Assembly (NCBI GenBank): GCA_965649765.1
Contig: OZ287753.1
Location: 22,568,001 to 22,632,000, forward strand
Source: Bispira polyomma
Taxonomy: Eukaryota
DNA length: 64,000 bases
Reading direction: 5' to 3'
Position 1 is the first letter of the stretch. Every line of letters begins with the position of its first letter. Positions 24,917 to 38,690 of the stretch are shown here, piece after piece. The notes beneath the pieces are model-generated. The model had not been told where the DNA came from and did not search any database. It saw only the letters and a list, made by a program, of their open reading frames with translations. The translations under genes and the position numbers were made by a program.

Positions 24917-27900
24917 CTGGAGTCTGTGGCTCCAGTACATTGGCATATCTCAGACTCTCCTGATTCCATACTGGAGCCAATGAAGACTTCCTGAGTGGGA
25001 GGGACTTGCCACTTTTGGAGATTTTACAAGATTCCTTAGATTTGATAAAAACATATCACAAGCGAAAGAAACATCATGTGAAGGAAGTTTTTTTAATACC
25101 AGTTTTCATCCCAAGTTTGGTACTTACTTTAAACTTATAAAGACGTATTTGCGGTGTGAAGTTGGCAGTAAATTTGACATGATGCTTTGATATTGCCAGC
25201 ATGCAAATCACTGCCTTTGAACTTTGTGTATATTTTCTTCTGCTGGCAAACATCTTGTGATTGCAAGGAAGAAAACACTGGACCCCAGAAAAACCCTGCT
25301 AAAAACAAACTAATGTAAAGGATTCCATTGATGTCTGAAGTCTTTTTTTATATCCCTATTCTTATAAAGAGCAAGGATAAATATGTAGTATCTCTCCATA
25401 TCACAGAGGCAAATACAAAAAAAAAAAAATAAAAAAATCTCTGCACCACAGCAAAGAATCCAGAAGATCAATGTGTTTAACTTTGAAGACATCCAGGCTG
25501 AAAAAGTTGCTGAAGTGATTGATGTGGCTGTAGTGTTCATGTGTTGAACACAAGGGACTTTCTCCTCTCCAGGCCTGGCTCATCCTATACATATACAGGA
25601 CTGGGTGTTCATTTTCACCTGTATATTAGTCAAGAACCCCATTGAAATACTTGCTTAAAGGAAGTAGGTTCTGGAACAGGCAGTTACCCACTCCAGTATC
25701 AAAGCTATGGTGGCCTTTAAAAACTCCAAAAACGTGTCCGTTCACTGTGTTATTAATAATATGACAGGAGATTGTATTGTAGCGGTTTCTGGTCAAGGTA
25801 CTTGGGGCTGGTGTGACCGGTATAATGGTGAAAACAAGAGTCATCAATATTTTTAGAGTCAGGACTGCTGTTGTATATAATGGAAATTTTTCTGAGTTCA
25901 TTACTTTAGGTTGTTGAGTGTTTAGTCCAATGGATTCGTTCATCTCTTTGATCTTCTCAGAGATGAGTAGGAGTTATGCATGATGGATCTGACTAGGCTA
26001 CTGAGACCCAATTGGTGTGGCCTTAAACTAGACTCCCTTCCTTCCTCTCATTTATATACCTCTTAAACAGGAGCAATAGTTGCAAGTGTGTAGCAACAGG
26101 TTTCTTAATGTACTATGTAATTTTAGGTTATAAAATCACAGTGGGTCTCAATAGTTCTAGGCCATTTAAATTGTGATGTCCATTAAGGGTGAAGTTTTTT
26201 CAAGGTTCAAATTATCTATCATTAATTAAAAGTCGTTGTGACATCTACCCACACACTTAGCCACACATGTACCCATAACAGTGACCAGTCTCTCCAGGGT
26301 CCTTATATATCAACTGTCTAAAACTTGAACAAAAACTCACAATATATCCTGAGCACTGTATCTATATGATGTCGAACTTCTGACTACATATTTGAGGGAT
26401 TTTTTATCACTGAAAGCTCTAATGAAATGAATGGTAACATGTCCAGGATATTTCAAGTAATAATAAAATTTGGGATTAAACATGAGTTTAAGTTTTATAC
26501 CTTTGAGAAGTATGTTCTAATGTCCCAGGTCCTAGGCATCTGCCCACTCTCTGACATACTTCCTTTCAGTCTTTTCAAAGATCTCTCTCACCACATGGTT
26601 GCATGTCAAACCAACTATCACAAACATCTGGTTGCCACGGTAACTACCTCAGCACAGATCAAAGCCTTGTCTCGCTTCACTGCCAATATGTGGTGTAAGC
26701 AGGAGCCAGGGAAACAGATACAAAAAGAGAAAAAAACAGTGAACCAGACTAAAATCTGTTACTAATCTGGTATCCACCTTGTATCTTTAGTTTGGAGCCT
26801 CTTTTTATTTTGAAGCAAGACTTGGTAGTTTTAGGTCACTACTATAGTACAAGTTGAGGGCCTCAGTGCAGTACAATCTAAATGTTTATGATCAGATGGT
26901 AATTGTACAAAACTATGAAGAACATATTGTCTATACTACGTCCACCATGAGCATCATGAAGTGGCAGTTGTGTTTTAATGTAAGAAGGACTTTCCTGATC
27001 ACATAAATAGAAAAAAAGAAGTTTGTATACAGTGTGACAAATGTCTAACCCATCTGGTCATTATTTGGATCATATTTCACTGAAAAACGTTTGCAAGTAC
27101 CATTTGCAGGCCAATTTTAAAAATACCCCTGGTCAGTTTAGAAAGTTTCAAATTAAATAAGCTGTAGAAAAGTATCCGATTTCTCTGGTATTGACTTGTG
27201 CCTGTGTGCTGGTAATTTGTTTTACACCCAATGCATTAATTTAAACCCCAACCTTTAGCTAGCACATTCATGATGCCACCTTTTTGTGAAAGGGCTGCAA
27301 TTTAATCTTGAGCTGTGAATGTGCTAATAAATGACCATATTGCATGGTAGTGTTTGGAGGCACCATTTCATGTAGTTTGTAGTCCCTTTATGGAGCCCTT
27401 GGGTAGAAGTAGTGTGTGTAGAGCAGCCTGAAAGTCCATCTTGTGTGTCAAGTTTTTATTAGAGAGAGAAAAAGAGGACCTCTGTGTAGTGTGTGAATGT
27501 TAAAACACACCCACCCACCCACACCATGTACCAGTAGTACTGGAGCAGAGCACATTAATTAAGTGTAATTACAGGCCAAAGCACTAACTTTCTTTGATCC
27601 TAGTGCCAGAGGGGCTGAAATCTGGGCCGGCTACTTTGATCAGGCCTATGTACATGTTTCTGTGTGTATCTTGTCCAATGCTACACAGATCAAGATTAAG
27701 GCCCCCTCGGACCTTACCTGCTGGAGTATTGATGACAGACCTTAGCCTAGAGGAAAGGCTCAAAATTGTCTAGAAAACCTTCGTTTTGATTTACAACAAT
27801 TTAAAAAAAAACACTACACAATCTCATGTAGCATAACATACCCCTTCAAGTATTTGAATGTTTTCCTTGCTTTGGTTGCTATGCACAGATCTCTTGTAGG

Positions 27901-28075
27901 GGCGGAGTATAAAACAAAACTTTATACTTTAGAAATTATCTAGTTATATAGTAACCTTTTAAGTCATGATTATAATATGCATCTCCCAAAAATGTACTAA
28001 TAGGTATGTTGGGGAACTAGTAACTAGTCTGTGCTTTAGAATTATGGAATTACGTCAAAAGTCAATATTTATGCC

Positions 28076-28350
28076 TATGGCAGTGGATGAAGCTTTTCTC
28101 TGTGTGGATGGCTACTAGGGCATGCAAATAATTTTACCTTTCACAAATTACATTAGTGTTTTTTAACTTTGCATTGAGACACTGCTTTTACGTGTATAGT
28201 TACCTAGTTCATGGGAAAGTTTGTCCGGTATTTTCCCTAGGCCGGTAGTTTACAGTGCTCAGCACTGGTCTCCTCCACTATTAAATGTGGACATTGTGAT
28301 GGGACCTAAGCTGTTACTAGCAATGTAAAAACACAACTAAATTCAAATTT
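28076..28350 (+). mobile_element. Degenerate SINE related to the 9983-10245 type
   Basis: gggaaagtttgtccggt...ggtctcctccact...gtaaaaacacaa body and tail similarity. Confidence 0.45.
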
Positions 28351-28889
28351 TTACACTGTTACCATTGTCGTAAGTCCTCTTTATCTCCCTATTTCCACTA
28401 GTGCTCTAAAAGTTAACAAGCAAAACTTTGTGTCTAACATATTTAAAAAGCCAAGCAAAACAACACAAAAATTACCAACAGGTTGAAACTAAGGCTGCAA
28501 GCAAGCCGGAAAATGGGCCCCGGTTACTCGCTAGGTGAGACTTGATTCAGTGCCGAGTACTCGCTAAATTTATTTTAACCCTAACCCAAACCAAAATGTG
28601 GCTGTTTTTGTTTACTTCCTGCCAACCGTTAAAAATATATACATTATAAATACTAAAGAAAGGGGTGGTTATTAGGGAAAATATTCAGTTTTGATGTCTA
28701 ATTGTATATCATTTTATGTTTATATACGGTGTAATGTATTGTATGTGTAATTCTTCCGTTTCTTCCCATTTTCCCGTTACTGATTTGGATATGCACCACA
28801 GAGAATGCCTGGCCATTGATTATGGCGCTATAGAAGTAAAACATTAACAAAATATCAACCCTAACGTTCCTGTTTTTCTGTATTTCCAG

Positions 28890-29016
28890 GTACTTCTTTA
28901 GAAAAGCCTCAGATGAGTTCGACTCGGGCGTGGTTTACGAAGAAGTTTTAGAAGATTCCGATCTGTTGCCTCTCTGTGAGGGTAAGGTCATCGGCAAAGT
29001 GGAGAAGGTGGAGTGA
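28890..29016 (+). CDS. Axin: Axin last coding exon, C-terminal half of DIX domain ([41 protein letters not shown])
   Basis: ttccag|G acceptor; TGA at 29014-29016; matches the Axin C-terminus YYFKKVSDEFDCGVVFEEV...KIIGKVEKVD. Confidence 0.97.
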
Positions 29017-30002
29017 AGCGAGAGGACAAGTACTCGCTGCAAACTTACTATGGATACAACACAAGGAATCATCCGGGTGGAATATGTGACAAAGAAGGAT
29101 CCGGTTCAAATTCGGTGATCTTCGCACACAATTGAATTCTGGTTATTTTGTGTGACAACAGAAAGGAGTTTTTCCCCTTACACTGGATAGACAGAAAATG
29201 GAATGACAGCAAGGAATTTACTGGATAGATGGGTACACAACGTGTGTACAAGTGTTCAGTGTGTACAGTAAATATATGTGTAAAGTGTATGGGCTGGAGT
29301 TTTCAGATAAGAGGATAAATTCGTGTGAGATTCTTGTGAATAGAGCTACTAACAGACCAATGCATTGTGGATAAAGGTTTGGGAGATAATTGTGCGCAGA
29401 TGGTCCCAAAAATGGCCTAGGGATTTGTGGTAAATTAACTGTAGATTCTTCTTTTGGGTTTGAAATTATAGCAGGGGTTTTGATGAAATGAAAGTAGAAT
29501 GTTATTATAACAGGGTAGTTTGGGGGGGAAAAAATTTGTTAAAAAAAAAAAAGAAAAAAAAAAGAAGAGTTTAAAATTCTTTCATGTATTACAAAATAAA
29601 GAAATACCGAGACTGCTGTTTGAACATTGGAGTGTGTAGAAATGATATTATTGTAAGGCCCTTTGAAAGTAGGGGGGAAAAAAGTCACCCCAAGTGTGTG
29701 TTTGCTCTAATGTATATTGAATATAATATTAAAAGTCAACAGCAGGCTTTGTATGGCTGATTGGGTCCATCTAGCTACTGTTACTAGTATGGGTTCAGGT
29801 GTAGGGTTTCACAAGCCACTCTGATACTTAAGATCAGAGTCATTCTTGTGGTGGTTACTAAAATAATGGCTGTTTGGATAAGAGTCAGAATCTAAAGAAT
29901 GTCAGATATATTGTTTTATCAACCGTCCCCGTCCCCCCTCCTTTCAACAACCCCCCTACCCCCTCTAATACTAAGGAACATTCTGGTGATCATTGCTCAC
30001 TA

Positions 30003-30040
<38 letters not shown>

Positions 30041-30089
30041 ATAAATAATAACATAACTCCATAGCTAAGAGATCCTATGAAGTATCATG

Positions 30090-30340
30090 TGGCCTGTATT
30101 TTCCGAAATATCTCAAGCTCACAAGTCGACTACAGCTCAAATCTAAATTCCCTACTTAACTCTCAGACTTATATAAAATCTGACTGCATATTTAAATTCA
30201 GCACTGAAAGCTCTATTGCAATGAATGGTCACAAGTACAGGTTTATATTCCATGTGTACAAGGATTTTGAGCGAGATTCCCTTCATTTGAGTTCGGTCTT
30301 TTGAGTTTAAGTCTTGAGTTTCTCTGGAGCATACCGAGCC
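30090..30340. mobile_element. Diverged copy of the CTG-TSD MITE family, in the putative Axin 3'UTR
   Basis: ggcctgtattt... start and ...ataccgagccctg end; shared interior aaatctgact...aatggtcacaagta.aggtta. Confidence 0.7.
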
Positions 30341-33300
30341 CTGAATAGCAATATTATTTGTAACAATACTGTAAATCCCTGTGGAGACGTGGTGTTTTCT
30401 GAAAGATATGACCATATTTGCTCTCTGGGCCTTTTATCTTTTTTGTTGTGTTTTGACTGTACCCAGACTTTTGGATATATAATTGAAAAATGCCTCTCTA
30501 TCTTAAATGTATTTCTTGCTTAATAATGGAACCCGTCAGAGATATTTTGGCCTTGGGCCTGTTTTTTCTTTTTCTTTAGAAGATTACAAAGTACAACAGT
30601 TTTGTCATCTTTCTAAACTTTTACCTAAGTACATATAAAGCTGTGTACATGTATTTTCATTATTTTGTGATCCAGTTAAAATACAAATTTTGGCAAAGCT
30701 ATTCATAAGTTAAATATTTGGATTTTAAAAGATCAACAGCAGGTTAATAGAGGTTATGTTGAACTGTAGCTCTTTAGAAATTAAAAAAAATAAGGATTAT
30801 AGTGATAAATTTAGAAATTGAAACTTCAGATTTTGAGTTAATTAACAATATTAACCTAAAGACACAAATACATGTATAATAAATCCTTTCAAGAAACTTT
30901 TAAATCTTATGAAATAAAAATATTAGTATTTTATACAAGTTTGAAAACATTGCCTCTGTTGAATTCTTAGCAAACAGTTGTGAAAATTAAATCCAGTATT
31001 TTCTTCCTGCAGTAAAACTGTTGTTTATTGTGGTACATACATTTTTTTTTTGTTTTACTAATTCTAAAGGCCTGAATGTTATTTTTTTTGGCTGAAGAGA
31101 GTGTGGTATAAGGTTCAAACTTTACAAAGCAACTACTAAGAACCAGTCAGTGAGTTATAAGTGTGTGTGTAGTATGTCTGTGTTTGGAGGTATTTTCCAA
31201 GACAATAGCGGCCTGGCTTTTGTGTGCAGGTTTCTGTGATGTGTGCTAGTCTGCTCAGGAGGAGCTGTTTGTTCATGGATATACCCCCTCTCTTTGTAAC
31301 TGGAGCTTGTTTTGATTTTTAGTCAAAATAAAATGCCCCACTGAGGTCTGAACATTATCCAGGAAGTTTAAGACATTGTGATTGAATCAGGAGAATTTTT
31401 TTTTGTGGGGGTGGTGGGGCCACAGGTGATTTGGGGCCACAGGGTGTTAAATAAAGAAGGAAAATGCAACATGGGACATTAACTTTTTTAACCTACTGGC
31501 CAACAGTGAATAACATATATCATACCAGGCATCTAAAATACTTATAGCCCATCCCCAAAAATTTATTGACTCCAATGATTAAAGAGATAGATCTTGTTTG
31601 CAAGTTGAAGTTGCTCTCCTGACCTTCAAAACTCTGGGCTCAGTGGCTGAATCTTTTACACTGGTACATGAAAACTACTGTCCCTGGGCCGTCAGGCCTC
31701 TGTTAATGTTGAATGGAAAAGAAAACTAAGGTGTTTTTTGGTGTGTGGACGTTGTTTTTTGTTGTGTGGACCTATATCTTGGTTCAATAATTACCCAGGT
31801 GCCCATAGGATCTTGTTCAAAGTATTTGGGAGTTGAAATTTGATTTGGGGGGTATTTTGTATGCCTGTGAATTAAGTTACTTAGGGTACTAAATAAACAA
31901 GAAGATACCTCTATTATCTAAAGTTCTATTATCCTAATGTTTAATTCTACAATGAACATAATTTCCATCAACCAAATTTACACTTTCCAATTGTTTTATG
32001 TAATAAACTGTTTGTTCTATACGATGAGCCTTCTCTTATCCACACAAATTAATCTTGCTTTCTCTCTCAACATGTTCAGATAATAAAGAGATTCTACTGT
32101 GTATTCTAACACGGGTTGATGGATTCCCCATAAAGTAGTAGTACTAGTATAGGGAATCTCTCTACATACGCTTCCTGTTATGTACACATAGTCTTTGTAT
32201 TGGTTTGATTTTGGGGCCAATTGGCCATTGTCGAAAGCTTCCTCTTAAACATTGAACAACCAAAACGAGGTGAACAATTTTAAACATTTCTTTTTGGCAC
32301 ATTGACAATGAAAAAAACCCATTAAATAACAAAAGGGACTCTTCATTCCGTTGGTGAAATAAATTGTAAAATACCAAGAAAGAAAAAGTTTTATACCACC
32401 AAAAAAACCCTAGCCCCATCTGACGGTGATTTGTCACTTTTCTGCAGTCATATGTACATATAACTTGTGTGATGTGTGGCCTTAAATCTGAGGCCTGAGC
32501 CAAACACTCTCAGGTTACTAAAGGAAGACTTCAAAGTGGGAGCAGCAGGCTATTTCAGCACTTGGTATTGTGGTGGAGTCTTTGATGCGAGCTAGTTTTC
32601 TCTTTTGAGCCAATGTTTTGTGTGCCGTTTTTTTTTTTTTTTTGGTATCTCTAGGTATTTTTTGTTCATTCATTTTGAACAACCCTGCATTATTAAATAG
32701 ATCAAAAGTGAACTGACTTGGACAAAAAAGCTTGCTGGTATATTGGCTTGAAAAGAATCAATTTGAAAACACGATCCTGTGTGTGGGTGACTGTGTGTAT
32801 GTTTTTGGAATGTTTTTGAAGTGTTCAGACAACCTGAATTGGTGCTTGAAACAAATTGGTTTAATGGGCAATTAATGTTTAAAACACAGAGCAGAGGTTG
32901 GTAAAAAAAAAAATTAAATAAAAACAAAAAAACGGAAACTGAATTTGATGATGGAGGAAAGAAAATTATTTACATTTGTTCTTTCTAACAAGATGTTATT
33001 AAATATTTTCTGACAAAGAAATATCATGTAAAATGGAAAAAGGCCGAGGAACGAGACTCCCAACATAGCTTTTGATAAAAAAAGAACTAAGGCAATCTGC
33101 CACCAATATAATACCACTGTATGTTGTGTGTGTGTGTTATGGTGGTTGGTCTGATATTGTGTGCCTCTACAATGAAAGTACTCCTGTGAAGTAGATATAA
33201 TAAAAAACACACAGAAAAAGGCAAGAGATTACAAATATATGTAGAGAACTGAAGTGGAGTGTATAAACATCAAACAGCCAGCTTTATACAAAAACCAAGT

Positions 33301-34534
33301 GGCCTATGTTCACCCACCGCAAACTTATATACGTGGCTTCTAGTTTAACTCGGGTATATATACTTTGAGGGGGCACAAACATTCCAGAACACTTTAATCC
33401 AAGCAAATTTAAAACCAAGGAGGGACCTTATGAAGTCTGGGACCTTCTAAGTGTTGTCTGGTGTTGGTTGTAGGTGGTATTTTTACGATCTTGTGGTAGT
33501 TTAGGTGGAATTTGCTGGTAACACATTTTCCGGGCCTTATGGTAGTTCTCCTTGCACAAAGAGTTTTCAGTTCTTTTCATCAGCCTTTTCAAGTGTTCTT
33601 CATATTTCTGTGTCTGTGATGTTTTGGGCTTTTTTTTGTTCATGCCCCCCCCCCCCCCCCCCCCCCCACATTTGTATAAAAGCCTCCTGTGTTGTCTGTA
33701 TGTGTGTGCTTATTTATACCATAGGCTCCAAAAACTTTGGTGAAAGATTCCACACTATTCACTGTATTCAGTTCCTACTCAAACTCTATAAAAGATTATT
33801 AATATTATACAGGATGGTTTGACCAAATGATGAGTGCACTACTACTGTTGGTATTGAGTATCCAAAGGTATCTATATTTAAGAATCCCTGCAAAAGTTTG
33901 TCAAAGTGATTAAAGTTATCTCGGTTGACTTTACGGTGGGGTTTAAGTCGAAGAAGGTTAAAATGACATTGAGTGAAAACTTAAAAATGAAAAACCAATA
34001 GGAGAATGGAGAGTTGGATGTGTGTTGGCATTCCTTCTTTTCAAGTTCTCTCTTGCATCTATTGGTTAGCTTGATGTATTATTCACACGTTCTACTAGAT
34101 TTGGCCAAAGAAGTGGGGAAAAAAAATGAAGAACTTTTCAAAAGAAGCCCAGGTTTTGTTGTAGTTTTTTGGGGGAAGGAAACATTGTATAGTGTATACT
34201 GCAATAACTCTTGTAATGAAGTTGGTTATACTATAGGGGATTTGGGCTTTTGCAGGAGAGATGCAGATTTGCTAAAACCAGTTATAATAAGTCGAATTTC
34301 TCCTTGACTTGAATCTATTTTATGGGCCCGAAATTCAAAAAAAAAAAAACTTCTTTCAAATAACTTAGAAGTTACCCATAAGTCAAACCAACTCCTGCTA
34401 TACATGGAACTATATTGAAAGGTACAAAGCAAAGCTATAATATGGTGACCTAATGTGTTTTGTTTCAGCAAGTTTTCATAAGTACTACCTTTTTGTACCC
34501 TGGCTGCGTGTTAAATCAGAGTTATGTCAATATA

Positions 34535-35068
34535 TACAGCGGAACCTCTGTTGTCCACACTTCTGTTACTTCGAATATTTGATTTATATTAACTCAATTC
34601 CACTTTTAAATTTTTAAAATTTATCTCTTGTTTTATACTAAGTTATAAAAGCTGGGATGATTAGTTGAGAGACTGATGATGCATCAGTCGACTGTGACGA
34701 TTATAGCGATACATCGAGTCTGGGTTGTGAGACTCATTCATGCATATTTTATTTTCAAATAGGGGGCAGATTTTAGTATTCAACGGACAAAAAATTGTAA
34801 CTTTGTACGTGTGACACTTAAATTTGAAGGTATATTGTCGGAAAGCATAAAAAATAGTCGAGTTTTATGTATCAGCAATTTATTTAGTTGATTTGTTTTT
34901 TTTGATGCATCAATCGAGTCTGATTTGGCGATTATTGATGCAAACAAAATAACATAGTTTAACTCGTAGCTCTACTAAGTTACATCTTGATTATTCCCCC
35001 CCTCCCTCACTAAGTTATCTCTTGATCATTTCCCCCTCACATGTTTGGATAATTGAGATTTTACTGTA
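34535..35068. mobile_element. TACAG-type MITE interrupted by a nested ~325-bp element (about 34648-34974)
   Basis: tacagcggaacctc start and gagattttactgta end; tactaagtta is repeated on both sides of a gatgcatc/atcgagtc-containing insert. Confidence 0.6.
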
Positions 35069-35895
35069 TATATATGGTTCTCGTAAACCAGTGTATGTGC
35101 AGGTATTTGAGGTTTTTTGCGAAAGAGACACAGATATGTAATTGTTTTTAGAACCAAGTAAAGGTGTGGTAACCTTTCCAAGGGGAGTGATTTTAATGGT
35201 ACAGGTGAACCTAAAATTAGATGTTTACCTTGGTGTCTCTGTAAGTCTTAGTGAATGGTGTTGTACAATCTTAAACTTTTAGAGCTTAACGAAGTAAAGA
35301 AGAATTTTACCAAAGGTTGTTTTTAATTATTACTGATGAATGAATGATATTTGTGTAAATGTAGGAAAAATGTGATAAACTTGTGTTCAGCCAAACCCTG
35401 TCTGAGAAAATGAGTTTTTATAAAACAAAAAAAAAATTAAATAGTAAATACCTGTAAGTTACAAACAGATATTATTAAAGACAATTATAATGGAAGTAAG
35501 AAAAAAATAATACAGATAAAAGATATATGACCACGAAGTAGATATTGAAAGAGTGTATATGTTTGAAAAGAAGGATATTATGTTGTGTGGTGATGCTATA
35601 GAGGACGCCCTTATTCCATAAGTATTGTCTATTCATGTGTTCTAAGACATTTAGTGTTTAGGTAATGTGGACACAGTGGTAAAGGAGGAAGACTTGACTT
35701 CTTCACTTTAAACCAGTGTGTGTGTGTGTCTAATAAATACAGTTTCCTGAATAAAAGAGAGAAAAAATAAAAAACGTAAACTAGTCATTTACTTAGGAAA
35801 CTTGCTTGTTATTGTGGTTATATTTTGTGTAAATACCATTGTTTTTCATCTGTATATTATTATTTTTTTCACAAGGAAGAAGAAAGTTGTAAAAG

Positions 35896-35901
35896 AATAA
35901 A
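35896..35901 (+). promoter_or_regulatory. Candidate distal polyadenylation signal of Axin
   Basis: AATAAA followed by a GU/U-rich tract (gtgatgtttttatt). Further AATAAA at about 35750 and 35766. Sequence becomes TE-dense shortly downstream. Confidence 0.4.
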
Positions 35902-36639
35902 GTTTTAATACAAAGATTATGTGATGTTTTTATTATGGCAAAACTTTGCCTAAAAAAAACCTTCAACTTACAGTTCCTGTACTTTTAGCCTTTACCTACC
36001 TTAACGACTTGTTTGCTGATTCATCATACTGCTACAAATCTGGAATGAAATACAATATTCCCTGCCAAATTTTGTACATTGTCAATACATATGTACATAC
36101 ACAGCCAAAATATTCCCCCGAATCCCTGTTCTGTTATGAATGAACTAAACTAGGCCTTTTGTTTTTTTGTACCCCCAAATATTTCAGGTCAGGTTGATTT
36201 TTCACAAAAAGTTGTGTGCAAATTAGAAAAAAACATTTGTGTATCTTTTGATCTCAGCCTAATTTTTAAATCAATATCCACATAATTCCATGATAAGGAC
36301 CTTACTTAGAGATTGAATCGGAGTTAAGCTTCAGATTACGATGTAAATCTGAGGGGCTTTGTGAACCTTTACACCCTTCAACAACTTGAATCTTAAAATT
36401 TTGAGACTTTGGCATAGATGATCAATACCAATATATTGAAAAAAGCTTTAATGTCAGTACAGATATATTTTAAAACCAACTGGTGAGCTTAAAGTTATAT
36501 TCAAGATTTCTAATTGGCAGCCATTTTAAAAGTTTTCCAGCTGTTAAGTTGTAACAGCTGGATAATGTTACCCACAGCTATTCATGGATGTTTTCCAAAC
36601 TACACTTGGGCTATCGCTCTGAAGTTAGACTTTAGGTAG

Positions 36640-38690
36640 GGTCATACCTTCACATACTATAGGGCCATTTACTCCCGATTTAAAGAACTTTTGTGAACTA
36701 GAATAATGGCATAAACTGGTAAAATCGCCAAGAACGGGAGTTGGAGCTGGAAATTTTGGACATGTATGGGCGGCTGTATAAGCCCATCTGGTGAGAATGG
36801 GAGACGAGATGTGTGGTCAGGGCTTAAACTGCTCAGAACTTGTATAATCTGGACAAGACTGGTGTAATCTGGAGCAAACGTTGCATAAACGTGATCAACT
36901 ACTTTGATCTGGTCTGGCAAGATCTGGTAAAAACTGGGCATATATATTCTGTGCGCACACTTTATATTCTGTGCAAACAACAAACTATCAGTACAGATTA
37001 TAAGCCGTTGGCATGACTTAATAAACAGTTTATAATTCGTGCTCTCAAATTACAAACTATGTGCACGGTTTATAATCTGTGCTCACAAATTATAAACTGT
37101 GAGCACAGTTTATTAAATATTGCACACAGTTTATAAACCATACGCACAGTTTGTAATCTGAGCACAAATTAATCTGGATAAAAATGTTTACACTGTCCCC
37201 TCCAGGGCTCCATAGGTTACAGATAGGTACTAATTAGTATCATCATTCACTGGGCAATTGAGATTTGCAATAGCTTAGTCTGTCCTCAATTTGACTTTTG
37301 AATGAATGACCTCATTTAGATATTTCCGGAAATATTTGTCAGCTGTTTCCCTTTTCACATATTCATAGTACGAAAATTAATGCCCACTCCATATGTGGGT
37401 ATAGCTGATTGGTATTGGTGATCATAAAATCACAAAAACCTCAAGGGGAATATTTAAAGAATTACGAAGTTTCAGAAGTACATATATTACAGTTATGGAA
37501 TGTAAAGTAAATACCTCTTTGGATAGATGAAGTTTGGTTAAAATTAGCATTAAAGCAACAGACAACAAGTTCAAAGTCTAGAAAAATTTTTGTAAATCTA
37601 AATGTTTGTTTTCCCCTTTTGCAGTAAAAAAAAAAAACAAACTAATAATAATAATACTAAATAACTAAACAATAACTGAAAACAATAAACCTTACAGTTG
37701 AAAATAACACCTCCGTCAGTTGTAAAAAAAAAAATGTTCATAAAAGTTAGGGTGGTAGTTCGTAAATGTTGGAGATTTCCCGTCAAGCAATGAATTCCCC
37801 CTCTATAGTTATACCTCCACACATAAAGTTTGCACCAATCCCCAGGATAAATATTAATTACAATATCTCTTCTTCTAAATAATGTATTGCTATTCATTTG
37901 AGGAAGAGATATATTTTATGGTAGTTAATAAAATTGGGAAGGGAAGGGAAGGGGGGGGGGGGGCAGGGACACTGTAATAAAAGCCAGTGCATTCATTCAG
38001 TGCTGCCGTTTGAAGTCTAAAGCTTTTATGTGTCACAGGAAAAAGGACACAATTACTTCTGTCCACTAGGCCTTATTTCCAGGGATAGTTCAAAGTGGAC
38101 GAATTCATCACACTGGCCAGTTAGTTGTTTTTTGGCTCGTCAGCTGAATATATATATAGATATCTCCACCAAGAAGGCTATGTTTTCACGCCCATTTGTT
38201 GGTTTGTTATGGGGCGTTCACATTGTCCAAGTTCACGCCCCCGCATCACCCCGGCATTGCCGTTTACTCAAGACCTGAAGAACTTGGCTAAACTTGTCTG
38301 ATCGGGAGAGAAAAGGCAGGAAAATGTTCATTTGCATTGGCATATATTAGCATCCCCCGTTTATGACCCGTTTCAGCCCCGTTTATGCCCAGGTTATGTT
38401 ACGTTTTCTCAAGTTCTCCAGTTCTGGCCAGATCACACAAGTTCTAAGCAGTTTCGGCCCCGTTTATACAAGTTCTGAGTAGATCAACTCCCGTTCACGC
38501 ACCGGCAGCCCATTCTCTCAAGTTCTCTCAAGATGTGTTTTCAGAGTCGTCCTCCCAGGGAAGCTTTTAACATGTTCAAAATTTCCTACTGTAGCTCCCG
38601 TTCTTGCCGATTGCCCCAGTTCTACCCTTGTTTAAGCCCAATTCTCAGACATTTGTTCAAGTTCACACACGTTCTCAGAACGGGGGAGAA
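36640..38690. mobile_element. Two inverted, related arms (about 36640-36945 and 38270-38690) of a palindromic DNA element family
   Basis: aagaacgggag...gaaattttggacatgt vs acatgttcaaaatttcc...ctcccgttctt; aaactgctcagaacttg vs caagttctaagcagttt. Confidence 0.65.
36945..37214. mobile_element. MITE fragment with short subrepeats (tttataatctgtgctcacaa / ttataaactgtgagcac), ending ...gggctccata
   Basis: Direct and inverted ~20-bp subunits. Confidence 0.55.
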
